Part shown: piece after piece, positions 28,736 to 38,444 of the stretch | Numbering within the stretch: position 1 is the first letter of the stretch | Layout: each line of letters opens with the position of its first letter | Assembly (NCBI GenBank): GCA_017424405.1 | Contig: JAFPAD010000082.1 | Coordinates: 15,802 to 79,801, forward strand | DNA from: Alistipes sp. | GTDB lineage: Bacteria; Bacteroidota; Bacteroidia; Bacteroidales; Rikenellaceae | Direction of reading: 5' to 3' | DNA: 64,000 nucleotides | Position numbers and translations under genes: made by a program | The notes under the pieces: generated by a model | The model's input: only the letters and a program-made list of their open reading frames with translations | Told to the model about the DNA's origin: nothing | The model's database searches: none

Positions 28736-30775
28736 ATGGATTTTAAACTCGTATCAGAATTTGCTCCGATGGGTGACCAGCCCGAAGCGATAGCTCAACT
28801 TGTTGAATCAATTGAGCAGGGTAGTCATTACAATACCTTGATGGGTGTGACGGGTTCGGGTAAAACTTTTACGATGGCAAATGTCATTGCCAAGCTAAAC
28901 CGTCCAACCATTGTGCTCAGTCACAACAAGACGCTTGCGGCGCAGCTCTATGGCGAGTTTAAAAACTTCTTCCCCGAGAATGCTGTCGAGTATTTCGTGT
29001 CGTACTATGACTACTATCAACCTGAGGCATATCTCCCAACAACCGACACATACATCGAAAAGGATCTCTCGATAAACGACGAGATAGAGAAGATGCGTTT
29101 GAGCGCAACCTCGGCTCTGCTCTCGGGTCGTAGAGATGTGATTGTGGTGTCGAGTGTGTCGTGCTTGTATGGTATTGGCAATCCCGATGATTTTCATGCT
29201 ACATCAATACGACTGAAGGTCGGCTCGATACAAAGCTATAAATTGTTCCTGTATCGTCTGGTGGAGGCTCTCTATACTCGCACCGAATTAGAACTCACGC
29301 CTGCAACATTCCGCACTCGCGGCGATATGGTTGATATAATGGCAGCCTTTGGCGATAATTGTTATCGTGTGACATTCTTTGACGATGAGATAGAGTCAAT
29401 TCAGATTATCGACCCACAAAGCGGACAGCCAATAGAGTCGTTGGAGGAGGTCACTTTGTTTCCTGCGAATATGTTTGTCACCACCAAGGAGCGTATCGAT
29501 AAGGCGGTGGGAAATATCTATGTCGATATGGGTAAGCGCATCTCATTCTTCGAGCATGAGGGTAGGGCGATGGAGGCGCAGCGCATAAAGCAGAGGGTGG
29601 AGTATGACCTTGAGATGATTAAGGAGTTGGGTTATTGTTCGGGTATAGAGAACTATTCACGATATTTTGATGGTAGAAACGAGGGCGAACGTCCGTTCTG
29701 TTTGTTGGATTATTTCCCCGAGGATTATTTGATGATTGTAGATGAGAGTCACGTCACGCTGCCTCAGGTGCATGCCATGTATGGCGGTGACAGAGCACGA
29801 AAGGAGAACCTCGTGGAGTATGGTTTTCGACTTCCTGCGGCAAAGGATAATAGACCCTTGATGTTTGATGAGTTTGAGGCTTTGGTTGGTACGGCGTTGT
29901 ATGTCAGCGCTACGCCTGCTGATTATGAACTTGCCAAGAGCGAGGGTATGGTCGTGGAACAGCTCATTCGTCCTACGGGCTTGATTGACCCCCCTATTGA
30001 GGTGCGAGAGACTTTGAATCAGATTGATGATTTGCTCGAAGAGATACAGACAAGGGTGAAACGTCAAGAGAAGGTTATGGTATGTACCATCACGAAGCGT
30101 TTGGCAGAGGAACTATCTCGCTATTTTGACCGTGTTGGTATCAGAAACAGATATATTCACTCCGATGTAGAGACGCTCGAACGAGTGCAGATTTTGGAGG
30201 ATATGCGAGCCGATGTGTTCGACGTGTTGGTTGGCGTTAATCTTTTACGCGAGGGCTTGGATTTGCCTGAGGTGAGCCTTGTGGTGATTATGGACGCGGA
30301 TAAGGAGGGCTTCTTGCGAAATGTGCGTTCGCTTACTCAGATGGCAGGTCGTGCGGCGCGCCACCCGAACGGTAGGGTAATACTCTATGCGGATAATTGT
30401 TCCGACTCGATGCGTATAGCTATCGAGCAGAGTAATCGTCGTCGTGAGAAGCAGATAAAATATAATATGGAGCATGGCATGGTCCCCAATCAAGCAAAGA
30501 AGAGTGGTAAGGGTCAAAGTCTTTTGCTTGCCGGCTCGGAGCGTCCCGCCGACATGACTGCATATCCTATTCACGAAGAGCATTATGCTGCCGTAGCAGA
30601 TGTTCAAGGTGGATATAGTGTTGCTCCTCAGATTGATTATGAGCAACTCAATAAGTTAATCGACAAGGCTCGTGAGGATATGGAACGAGCTGCTAAGTCA
30701 CAAGACTTCCTCGCAGCGATACGTTTTCGTGACAAGATGTATGAGTTGCAGAAACTACGTGATGGAAGAGAATAA
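28736..30775 (+). CDS. uvrB: Excinuclease ABC subunit B
   Basis: GVTGSGKTF, YYDYYQPEAY beta-hairpin, DESH, C-terminal UVR domain. Confidence 0.97.
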   Translation: MDFKLVSEFAPMGDQPEAIAQLVESIEQGSHYNTLMGVTGSGKTFTMANVIAKLNRPTIVLSHNKTLAAQLYGEFKNFFPENAVEYFVSYYDYYQPEAYLPTTDTYIEKDLSINDEIEKMRLSATSALLSGRRDVIVVSSVSCLYGIGNPDDFHATSIRLKVGSIQSYKLFLYRLVEALYTRTELELTPATFRTRGDMVDIMAAFGDNCYRVTFFDDEIESIQIIDPQSGQPIESLEEVTLFPANMFVTTKERIDKAVGNIYVDMGKRISFFEHEGRAMEAQRIKQRVEYDLEMIKELGYCSGIENYSRYFDGRNEGERPFCLLDYFPEDYLMIVDESHVTLPQVHAMYGGDRARKENLVEYGFRLPAAKDNRPLMFDEFEALVGTALYVSATPADYELAKSEGMVVEQLIRPTGLIDPPIEVRETLNQIDDLLEEIQTRVKRQEKVMVCTITKRLAEELSRYFDRVGIRNRYIHSDVETLERVQILEDMRADVFDVLVGVNLLREGLDLPEVSLVVIMDADKEGFLRNVRSLTQMAGRAARHPNGRVILYADNCSDSMRIAIEQSNRRREKQIKYNMEHGMVPNQAKKSGKGQSLLLAGSERPADMTAYPIHEEHYAAVADVQGGYSVAPQIDYEQLNKLIDKAREDMERAAKSQDFLAAIRFRDKMYELQKLRDGRE

Positions 30776-30796
30776 TCTTTGGTCGTTTTGTTGTGC

Positions 30797-31273
30797 CTAC
30801 TTAACGAAAGTGAAGTATCGTCCTACCAAATAGCTATATATCACACTAACTATTGTTGTGAGCGCCTTTGCTGGTGTTGCCCATATTGCGCAATACTCAA
30901 CGAAGAATTTTATACATACATAATTAAGTAATATGGCACCTGCAACGGTGAGTGCATAGCGCAAGAGTTGTTTGCCTCGTCCGAATGTTGTAGCACGGAA
31001 TGCTACGTTGCGATTGAGCCAAAAGCCTGTCAGAAATGTAATAGGGAATACAATTATCAATGCTGCTACGTGAGGTGATACTATAATAATCCCCAAGTTG
31101 ATATACTTCTCAAACAATACATAATGGTAGATTAGGTAGTACCACACGAGGTCAAGAAACATATTCATACCTCCACACACTCCATATCGAAAGAGCTCGT
31201 TGGAGAGAATGAGTGACACGGGACGAATGTAGCAACTATCTATTGCTTTACCTATTATCTCAGCAAGACGCAT
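30797..31273 (-). CDS. GtrA-family membrane protein
   Basis: LFRYGVCGGMN start, four TM helices, terminal RYFTF. Confidence 0.8.
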   Translation of the reverse strand: MRLAEIIGKAIDSCYIRPVSLILSNELFRYGVCGGMNMFLDLVWYYLIYHYVLFEKYINLGIIIVSPHVAALIIVFPITFLTGFWLNRNVAFRATTFGRGKQLLRYALTVAGAILLNYVCIKFFVEYCAIWATPAKALTTIVSVIYSYLVGRYFTFVK

Positions 31274-32094
31274 TATTTATTTTCGTATATCCACAAATTA
31301 GGATAAATATCACGGTATGCATTTGCATAAGAGTTGCAATCCGAGCGATTGTCGCTACCGAATATTGTCACCATGTGCTTATTCTTGAATGGACGTATAG
31401 TGCAGGTTGCATCGTCGATTTCAGATTTTGTCTGCTCGATAGCGCGCGCAGCATTTGCCTCCTCCGCAAATACACCCATGACAACGTAGTAGGCGTACTC
31501 TTGAGGTTGCTGGGGCTGTGCTACTTCTTGCACCTGAATGGTATCCTGCTCAACGATAGGAACTGCTTCTGTGGCGGGAGCTGTTGTCTCGGTTGTTGTA
31601 ACAGTTTTAGTCGTGTTTGACAACTGCTCACCCCAAATCATGTAAGCCAACATGCCGAGAGCAAACAGAATGCATACGGCGCTTAGTATGTATAGCCACA
31701 AATGCGATTGCTTGCGACGAACGATTAACACTTTCGAGCCCTGTGGATTTAGAAGAGTATTAAAATCGTTCTCCATGGTAAAACTCTTATCCACAAGTTT
31801 TCCTACACCATTGATTGTGAGTGTATTGTCGATGCGAGTTTTTGTTATCCAACGTTCATATATATCCTGTGACTGCGCAGTTTCACAGCTGGCAATTTTA
31901 GAAATCTCATCTACGAGTGAAGGTGCTTGCACCTGAGTGGTGAAACTCACCACGTTGCGAGGGCTCAACAATTTGTTGTCAGAAATCTTGCGAGCAGCCT
32001 GTCGTTCGATGAACAAAGTACCTACGTCGGGGAGATACACACCTCGACCACTCACCAACATATTGTATATGATTTTATTTACTTCTGCTACCAT
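31273..32094 (-). CDS. HU-like N-terminal domain, single TM, SPOR-like C-terminal domain protein
   Basis: VYLPDVGTL and INGVGKL HU-like segments, TM helix, Thr/Pro linker, YYVVMGVFAEEANA SPOR-like motif. Confidence 0.7.
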   Translation of the reverse strand: MVAEVNKIIYNMLVSGRGVYLPDVGTLFIERQAARKISDNKLLSPRNVVSFTTQVQAPSLVDEISKIASCETAQSQDIYERWITKTRIDNTLTINGVGKLVDKSFTMENDFNTLLNPQGSKVLIVRRKQSHLWLYILSAVCILFALGMLAYMIWGEQLSNTTKTVTTTETTAPATEAVPIVEQDTIQVQEVAQPQQPQEYAYYVVMGVFAEEANAARAIEQTKSEIDDATCTIRPFKNKHMVTIFGSDNRSDCNSYANAYRDIYPNLWIYENK

Positions 32095-32965
32095 TGTTCT
32101 TCACTTTATTGGATTGTACAGTATTTTTCTTAGTCGGAGTAGCTACGGGGAAACGCCCCTTTATGCTGCCCCAAAACATATAGATGGCGAGCAAGATGAA
32201 TGGAATACTGAGTAATTGTCCCATGTTTATAGCCATGCCCTCTTCGAAAGCCTCTTGATTTTCTTTTACAAGCTCTATGAATGGTCGTGTTAAGAATATA
32301 CCAATCAAGCCTATGCTAAACATCAAGCCTGGACGTTTGCGTCCCATGTCAAGTTTATAATATAGCCACAGCAATATTACAAAGGTGATGATGTAACATA
32401 TTGCCTCATACACTTGCGCTGGGTGTTGCGCAGGAACCATCTCTACGGGTAGATTAGGGTAGAGGCGCAAGAACTTAAATCCCCAAGGCATGTCGGTCAC
32501 ATGACCCACAATCTCCGAGTTGCAAAGGTTACCAAAGCGCACCAACGCTCCTCCAATCGCTACGGGAATCATTATGCGGTCAAGCCACCATACGTATGGC
32601 ATGTTGTGTTTGCGACAAGTGACCCACATACCTAACAACATACCCAATGCCGAGCCGTGACTCGCCATGCCTCCGTTACGGAACTCTGTAATGATAGCCC
32701 ATGGCTTTGTGATGTAATATGGAAACTCGTAAAACAGACAATGTCCTATACGAGCACCTAATACGGCACCCAGTACAATCCACACAAAACCTGTCTCCAC
32801 AATTTCATTTCCAAATCCTTCTCGCTTTGCGTAAGAAGAGAAAAATCGTTCTCCCAACAAGAAGGTTATAGCCCACATGAGACCATAGTATCGGAGTTCG
32901 AAGCCTCCGATTGAGAACATCACAGGGTCAAAATCCCATACGATATAGAGAAAATTATCAAGCAT
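32075..32965 (-). CDS. lgt: Prolipoprotein diacylglyceryl transferase
   Basis: RYYGL, LGARIGH, GMASHG, RFGNLCNSEIVG, HPAQVYEA, MGQLLSIP. Confidence 0.95.
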   Translation of the reverse strand: MLDNFLYIVWDFDPVMFSIGGFELRYYGLMWAITFLLGERFFSSYAKREGFGNEIVETGFVWIVLGAVLGARIGHCLFYEFPYYITKPWAIITEFRNGGMASHGSALGMLLGMWVTCRKHNMPYVWWLDRIMIPVAIGGALVRFGNLCNSEIVGHVTDMPWGFKFLRLYPNLPVEMVPAQHPAQVYEAICYIITFVILLWLYYKLDMGRKRPGLMFSIGLIGIFLTRPFIELVKENQEAFEEGMAINMGQLLSIPFILLAIYMFWGSIKGRFPVATPTKKNTVQSNKVKNNGSRSK

Positions 32966-32987
32966 GCAAATCTACGTCGTCAATTTA

Positions 32988-34046
32988 TTATTTAGCATCT
33001 TTTGTTGTCGCCTTCTTAAGTGGGAAGGCGAATGTTGTTCCAGTACCTAACTCGCTACGAACGGTGATTCGTTCGCCATGTGCCTCGACAATGTGCTTTA
33101 CAATAGCCAAGCCCAAGCCTGTGCCGCCCTGCTCACGAGAACGACCTTTGTCTACGCGATAGAAACGCTCGAAAATACGAGGCAAATCCTCTTTTGCAAT
33201 ACCAACACCGGTATCCTCCACCTCGATTAATATCTTATCCATCATGTCACGGAAACGGATACGTGTCTGTCCACCCTCCTTGCCGTACTTGATTGAGTTG
33301 ATAATCAGATTAACAAGCACCTGACCTGTGAAATGCTTGTCTGCCACCACGCGGAATGACGATGGTAACGAGTCTGCACCTTTCACAGAAACCTTGATAT
33401 TTCGCTTCGCAGCCTCCATCTCAAGTTGTTCGGCAATCTCTTTGGTGAGGGCAACAACGTCAAAACTCTCCATCTTCAAACGATTCATGTCATTCTCGAG
33501 TTTGTTGATGGTATCCAAATCATTAACGATGTTAATCAAGCGGTCGATACTCTTCTCGGCACGCTCAAGATATTTGCGATTGATTAACTCATCTTCCAAT
33601 CCGCCATCTAACAATGTCGAAATGTAACCCTGAATATTGAAAATAGGGGTTTTAAGTTCGTGTGCCACATTACCCAAATATTGTTTGCGGAATGCCTCAC
33701 TTTGCTTTAGACGAGAAATCTCCTTATTGTTGTCATCAGCCCATGCTGTGAGCTCGTCCGAGATGCTCTCGACATTCTTATCCTGCATCTCCTCGACAAT
33801 CTCAGCAGTGTGTACTTGACGAGAAAGAACCATTGAGTAGATAGGCTTTAACTTATATGCCACATAAGCCTTCATCATGTATAACGAGAATAGGGACATA
33901 GCAACAAACACAACTATTCCTACAATGAGCACTATCCACCACGCATTGCCATCAATAATCATGACCGCCGCGACGATTGCCGCAGCCACTGCCGCCATCA
34001 ATAACGAAGCATTCTCTTTTGTCTTTATCGTCATCATAGATATCAA
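32988..34046 (-). CDS. PhoR-like sensor histidine kinase
   Basis: Two TM helices, NVAHELKTP H-box, NLIINSIKY, DTGVGI, FERFYRV, GTGLGLAI. Confidence 0.92.
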   Translation of the reverse strand: MISMMTIKTKENASLLMAAVAAAIVAAVMIIDGNAWWIVLIVGIVVFVAMSLFSLYMMKAYVAYKLKPIYSMVLSRQVHTAEIVEEMQDKNVESISDELTAWADDNNKEISRLKQSEAFRKQYLGNVAHELKTPIFNIQGYISTLLDGGLEDELINRKYLERAEKSIDRLINIVNDLDTINKLENDMNRLKMESFDVVALTKEIAEQLEMEAAKRNIKVSVKGADSLPSSFRVVADKHFTGQVLVNLIINSIKYGKEGGQTRIRFRDMMDKILIEVEDTGVGIAKEDLPRIFERFYRVDKGRSREQGGTGLGLAIVKHIVEAHGERITVRSELGTGTTFAFPLKKATTKDAK

Positions 34047-34059
34047 GTTTTAGTTGTTA

Positions 34060-34689
34060 TTAATACATTTTAAGGTTGGCAACCACACGATACAATCCCA
34101 ATATATCATGCTCTTTGATGCGCACATTGTTTTGTTTGTCGCTTGTCAATTCGATGATATATTCTCTATCCGTAGCGGATTCAGCCACGCTCAATCTACG
34201 CAAAATTACAAAATTAGCTGTAATAATCACATAAAATCTACCGGGAATAATCGCTTGTGGAGCTATTTTTTTTAAAAAAACTATCGAACCTGTCATAATT
34301 TGGTCACCTATGGCATCATCGAAGCTGCGAAAAGCACAATCACAAGACTCTATCATGGATAGCGATAACGTGCTTGTGGGATGCAATAGTTCACTGTTGA
34401 GGTGTATGCACGATGTGACATCGTGGTCATAATATGGAATGTTCTGCGAAGGGTGTTCGTCGCATAACATCTTACCCTCGCCGGAGAGTAACCAGCCTAA
34501 ACTTATCTCTGGGAACTTCTCAACAATGCGCTGTGCCAAATTATGAGATATGCCGAATCTGCCAGCTTTGATTTGATAGAGGCTTTCAGAACGCGACAAC
34601 CCGATATGTCTGCCAAATGAGTTGACAGTCATATTTGCTCGGTTAATCACCTCCTCTAGACGAAGCCAGCTAAGATTCCTATTTGTCAT
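34060..34689 (-). CDS. XRE/CI-like helix-turn-helix protein with a degenerate S24-like C-terminal domain
   Basis: HTH ending ISLGWLLSGEGKM, then IPYY linker; S24-like region lacks the GDSM and Lys motifs. Confidence 0.7.
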   Translation of the reverse strand: MTNRNLSWLRLEEVINRANMTVNSFGRHIGLSRSESLYQIKAGRFGISHNLAQRIVEKFPEISLGWLLSGEGKMLCDEHPSQNIPYYDHDVTSCIHLNSELLHPTSTLSLSMIESCDCAFRSFDDAIGDQIMTGSIVFLKKIAPQAIIPGRFYVIITANFVILRRLSVAESATDREYIIELTSDKQNNVRIKEHDILGLYRVVANLKMY

Positions 34690-34720
34690 ATTCAAAAAAA
34701 ATTACCATCTTTGCGTCTGC

Positions 34721-34792
34721 GACCCCGTAGTTCAATGGATAGAATATAAGATTCCGGTTCTTACGATGAAGGTTCGAATCCTTTCGGGGTTA
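34721..34792 (+). tRNA. tRNA-Arg (anticodon CCG)
   Basis: Acceptor GACCCCG/CGGGGTT, D-arm GTTC/GAAT, anticodon stem TAAGA-TTCCGGT-TCTTA, T-arm GAAGG-TTCGAAT-CCTTT; CCA not encoded. Confidence 0.95.
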
Positions 34793-34796
34793 CAGC

Positions 34797-34833
34797 AGGC
34801 TGTCGAACAATTCTGTTGGCAGCCCTTTCTTTT
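34797..34833 (+). terminator. Terminator after tRNA-Arg
   Basis: GGCTGTCGA...TTGGCAGCC stem followed by a T-rich tract. Confidence 0.6.
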
Positions 34834-34970
34834 ATCATTCAAAGATAGTAATATTCTTCATTATAACAATATAAAAGGACATTTTTATATGTCTAAAAAG
34901 TCTTTCTGCCGCGCAATTTTGGCTAGTGAACGTTTTTTATAGTCGTTTGTGCTTCAAAATACAAGAAATA

Positions 34971-35018
34971 AGCTGAAATTATTACCCCAGCTTACATCTG
35001 TTGATAATAATTTCAGCC
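34971..35018 (-). terminator. Hairpin after the GT2 gene, probable terminator
   Basis: GCTGAAATTATTA...TAATAATTTCAGC inverted repeat. Confidence 0.5.
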
Positions 35019-35043
35019 TATTAGTGTTTCAATAAAACTGCCG

Positions 35044-35763
35044 TTATTGCTTGCCTCGAATTCTGCGGAAAGGTAACTTCAAAACACCTAGCAATGCTTC
35101 TCCGAAAATACCTGTGTTCATCTTTGAGATGCCCTCACGACGTTCGGTGAAGATGATTGACACCTCGCTGACCTTCAAACCTAAGCGCCATGCCGAGTAT
35201 TTCATTTCTATTTGGAATCCATATCCCTTCATCTGCACACGGTCGAGGTCTATTGTCTGCAAAGCGCGTCGCGAGTAGCCAACAAATCCAGCTGTAGCAT
35301 CGCAAACAGGCATGCGAGTGATGTAGCGAACATACATCGATGCCGAGTAGGATAGCAATAGGCGTGACATAGGCCAATTAATGATGTTTACACCCTGCAC
35401 ATAGCGCGAACCTACAACCACATCATTACCCTCCAAGGCTCGTTCATACAATCGCTCCAAGTCGTTGGGGTTGTGTGAGAAGTCGCAGTCCATCTCAAAA
35501 ATATAGTCATAATCTCTCTCCAACGCCCACTTAAATCCCATGATGTATGCTGTGCCCAAGCCGAGTTTTCCGCTGCGCTCCAAGAGGTGTAGGCGTGAAG
35601 GAAACTCTTTTTGACGCTCCTTCACCACTGAGGCGGTGCCGTCGGGCGAGCCGTCGTCAATTACAAGCATATCGTAACCTCCCGCAAGAGTCATTACGGT
35701 GTCAATCATTTTCGAGATGTTGTCTATCTCGTTGTAAGTCGGGATTATGACAAGTTTTTTCAT
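35044..35763 (-). CDS. Polyprenol monophosphomannose synthase-like GT2 glycosyltransferase
   Basis: IIPTYNE, DDGSPDGT, KLGLGTAY, EMDCDFSHNP, GYGFQIEMK. Confidence 0.9.
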   Translation of the reverse strand: MKKLVIIPTYNEIDNISKMIDTVMTLAGGYDMLVIDDGSPDGTASVVKERQKEFPSRLHLLERSGKLGLGTAYIMGFKWALERDYDYIFEMDCDFSHNPNDLERLYERALEGNDVVVGSRYVQGVNIINWPMSRLLLSYSASMYVRYITRMPVCDATAGFVGYSRRALQTIDLDRVQMKGYGFQIEMKYSAWRLGLKVSEVSIIFTERREGISKMNTGIFGEALLGVLKLPFRRIRGKQ

Positions 35764-35783
35764 TCGTTGAAAGCCTGTGTGTA

Positions 35784-36599
35784 TTAATACTGCTCTTTTT
35801 CGTTAGGGAACTCCTGTTCTTTCACGTCGCTCACGTAGTGCGATATAGCCTCGCTCATCACAGTGTGAAGGTCGGCATAGCGACGCAAGAAACGAGGCGA
35901 AAAATCGTTGGTGATACCCAACATGTCGTGAACAACCAACACCTGACCATCAGTTGCTCCTCCAGCACCAATGCCAATTGTTGGAATTGTGAGTGACTCG
36001 GTTACTCGTTTAGCCAAAGCCGCAGGAATCTTCTCCAAAACAATGGCGAAGCAACCAGCCTCTTGCAACAACAAAGCGTCGCGGATAAGTTTTTCGGCTT
36101 CAGCCTCCTCCTTAGCGCGAACGTTATATGTGCCAAATTTGTGAATTGACTGAGGTGTAAGACCCAAGTGACCCATGACGGGGATACCTGCCGAGATGAT
36201 GCGTTGCACTGATTCTAAAATCTCCTCTCCACCCTCAATCTTCACCGAATCGGCTTCGGTCTCCTTCATGATACGAATGGCAGAGTCGAGCGCCACCTTA
36301 GAGTTACCTTGGTATGTTCCAAATGGCAAATCAACTACCACCAACGCACGATTTACGCCTCGTACCACCGAACGAGCGTGGTATATCATCATATCCAAAG
36401 TGATTGGCAATGTTGTTTCGTATCCAGCCATCACGTTGGCTGCCGAATCGCCCACAAGTATCACATCAACACCTGCGGCATCTACAATTTTCGCCGTTGA
36501 ATAGTCGTATGAAGTAAGCATGGCAATCTTCTCGCCACGTTGTTTCATTTCTGTTAATCGCAGAGTTGTTACAGCTCTGACAGATCCTGCTACTGACAT
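35784..36599 (-). CDS. panB: 3-methyl-2-oxobutanoate hydroxymethyltransferase
   Basis: [33 protein letters not shown]...DGQVLV. Confidence 0.96.
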   Translation of the reverse strand: MSVAGSVRAVTTLRLTEMKQRGEKIAMLTSYDYSTAKIVDAAGVDVILVGDSAANVMAGYETTLPITLDMMIYHARSVVRGVNRALVVVDLPFGTYQGNSKVALDSAIRIMKETEADSVKIEGGEEILESVQRIISAGIPVMGHLGLTPQSIHKFGTYNVRAKEEAEAEKLIRDALLLQEAGCFAIVLEKIPAALAKRVTESLTIPTIGIGAGGATDGQVLVVHDMLGITNDFSPRFLRRYADLHTVMSEAISHYVSDVKEQEFPNEKEQY

Positions 36600-36706
36600 T
36601 TTTTTTAGTTTTATCTTTTTGTACCTCTCTCGGGTACTGTTTGTGTTTAGTTTATCGCGACAAATGTATGTAAGAAAAGTATGGAAAGCAAATTTTCATT
36701 TGTTTT

Positions 36707-37252
36707 CTAATCTTTTTTCAAGACGTGAGCGAGATTTTTGTAAAACTCCCATAAAACTACACCGCCTGCTACCGACACATTAATCGAGTGCTTGGTTCCC
36801 TCCTGAGGAATCTCAATAGCTCCGTCGCACATATCAACAGCGCTTTGTCCAACACCTTCCACCTCGTTGCCGAAGACGAGGGCGTATCGCTTCGTGTCGT
36901 CAATATCCATTTGGTTGAGCATTGAAGCTCCCTCCACCTGCTCAATTGCAACGACGTGGTAACCCTGCGCATGGAGATGATCTATGCACTCCTCCGTTGT
37001 GGCGAAGTATTCCCACTCGACAGTTAGTTCGGCACCGAGCGCACTCTTGTGAATATCGCGTGATGGCGGGGTGGCGGTTATGCCACATAAAAATATCTTC
37101 TCTATCGCAAAGGCATCTCCCGTGCGAAAGAATGCTCCAATGTTTTGAGCCGAACGAACGTTGTCTAAAACCACTACAACGGGTATGCGTTTCATGGTGG
37201 CAAAAACCTCAGCTGAGGGACGATTGAGTTCCGAGTTTGTAATTTTTCTCAT
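36707..37252 (-). CDS. TrmH/SpoU-family RNA methyltransferase
   Basis: NVRSAQNIGAFFRT, FGNEVEGV, SINVSVAGG. Confidence 0.9.
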   Translation of the reverse strand: MRKITNSELNRPSAEVFATMKRIPVVVVLDNVRSAQNIGAFFRTGDAFAIEKIFLCGITATPPSRDIHKSALGAELTVEWEYFATTEECIDHLHAQGYHVVAIEQVEGASMLNQMDIDDTKRYALVFGNEVEGVGQSAVDMCDGAIEIPQEGTKHSINVSVAGGVVLWEFYKNLAHVLKKD

Positions 37253-37310
37253 TTATTTTAATCTTTTCCGTACACAAATATACTACAAATCGAGAAAATA
37301 ACTTAACTTT

Positions 37311-38432
37311 GTGAGTTATAATTTAACTTTTTACGACGTGAAGGTTATTTTTCGACTACTGATACTTATTTCCGTGAATCTTGTGCTTGCCCAGAAGGTG
37401 GTGGCACAAGAGGATTTGAAGTTGCTTGTGGGTGCCGATTTTGACACCTATTTCGACAATCGTGAGTACACAGGTTGCAGTGTCGGTGTGTCTCAGACGT
37501 TGTTCTCTACACGCTTTACGCCGACCCTTGGTGTTGAGTGGAATAAGCACAACCGCCTGATGTTTGGCATGGATATGTGGTCGCACTGTGGTGATGACAC
37601 CAAGACCTTTGCAAAGGTGCGCCCTCAGGTCTATTATCAGTTCGAGAACGACAATGTGACCGCTGCGGCGGGTCTGTTCCCTCGTGCTAAGTTGAAGGGT
37701 GACTACACCGGGATTATAATGAGCGACTCGGTGCGTTTCTACGAGAATCGCCTGCAAGGCTTCATGGGTCAGTATCGTGGCGACAGGGGTTTCGTAGAGC
37801 TTGTGTTGGATTGGTACGGCATGTACTCCTACGCTTCGCGTGAGAAGTTCAATATCTTGTCGGCGGGACGTTACTATTTCGACAAGAAGAGTCGCTTTTA
37901 TGGCGGTTATGCTATGCAGATGGGACATTATGCTGGCAGTAAGACGATAAGCAATTGCGTGGTGGATAATATCATCGTTCTGCCTCATGTGGGTGCACGA
38001 TTCAATGCATATTTCAATTTTGACCTTGCTCTGAATTATGTTCAGACGGTGCAGCGTGACCGTGCCAACGAGGAGCAGTTCTGCACGCCCGGAGGTGTGA
38101 TGCTTAAGGCTAAGATTGAGAAGTGGGGCGTTTATATCGACGAGCAGTTGTTTGTGGGCGATAACCTGCAACCTTACTACTCGTCATATCGCGATGAGCG
38201 ATTTCCATTTGGCTATGGCGGTGACCTATATGCGGGTGAGCGATTCTTCGGCACTGAGGGTATGGTATATAGCAACACAAAGATTGGATATAGCAATAGC
38301 TTTTTCTCCAATACCGTTTCGCTTAATACCTACATAGCCCTACAATACGATGGCTATAAGATGGGCACCAAGCAGGTGGTGTCGCTGTCGGTGAAATTAC
38401 TTAAGGATATATCAAGCAAGAAAAAACGATAA
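37311..38432 (+). CDS. Putative outer-membrane beta-barrel protein (start may be the GTG at 37338)
   Basis: Signal-peptide-like N-terminus, FDNREY motif, aromatic-rich alternating beta strands. Confidence 0.65.
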   Translation: MSYNLTFYDVKVIFRLLILISVNLVLAQKVVAQEDLKLLVGADFDTYFDNREYTGCSVGVSQTLFSTRFTPTLGVEWNKHNRLMFGMDMWSHCGDDTKTFAKVRPQVYYQFENDNVTAAAGLFPRAKLKGDYTGIIMSDSVRFYENRLQGFMGQYRGDRGFVELVLDWYGMYSYASREKFNILSAGRYYFDKKSRFYGGYAMQMGHYAGSKTISNCVVDNIIVLPHVGARFNAYFNFDLALNYVQTVQRDRANEEQFCTPGGVMLKAKIEKWGVYIDEQLFVGDNLQPYYSSYRDERFPFGYGGDLYAGERFFGTEGMVYSNTKIGYSNSFFSNTVSLNTYIALQYDGYKMGTKQVVSLSVKLLKDISSKKKR

Positions 38433-38444
38433 TACTATTTAAAT

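Noticed and set aside
34060-35043. Prophage integrated at tRNA-Arg
   Set aside because: No integrase, no duplicated tRNA 3' end seen and no other phage genes.
37356-38171. 271-aa antisense ORF and the other short overlapping ORFs in the track
   Set aside because: Shadow frames of strongly codon-biased genes with no recognisable motifs.
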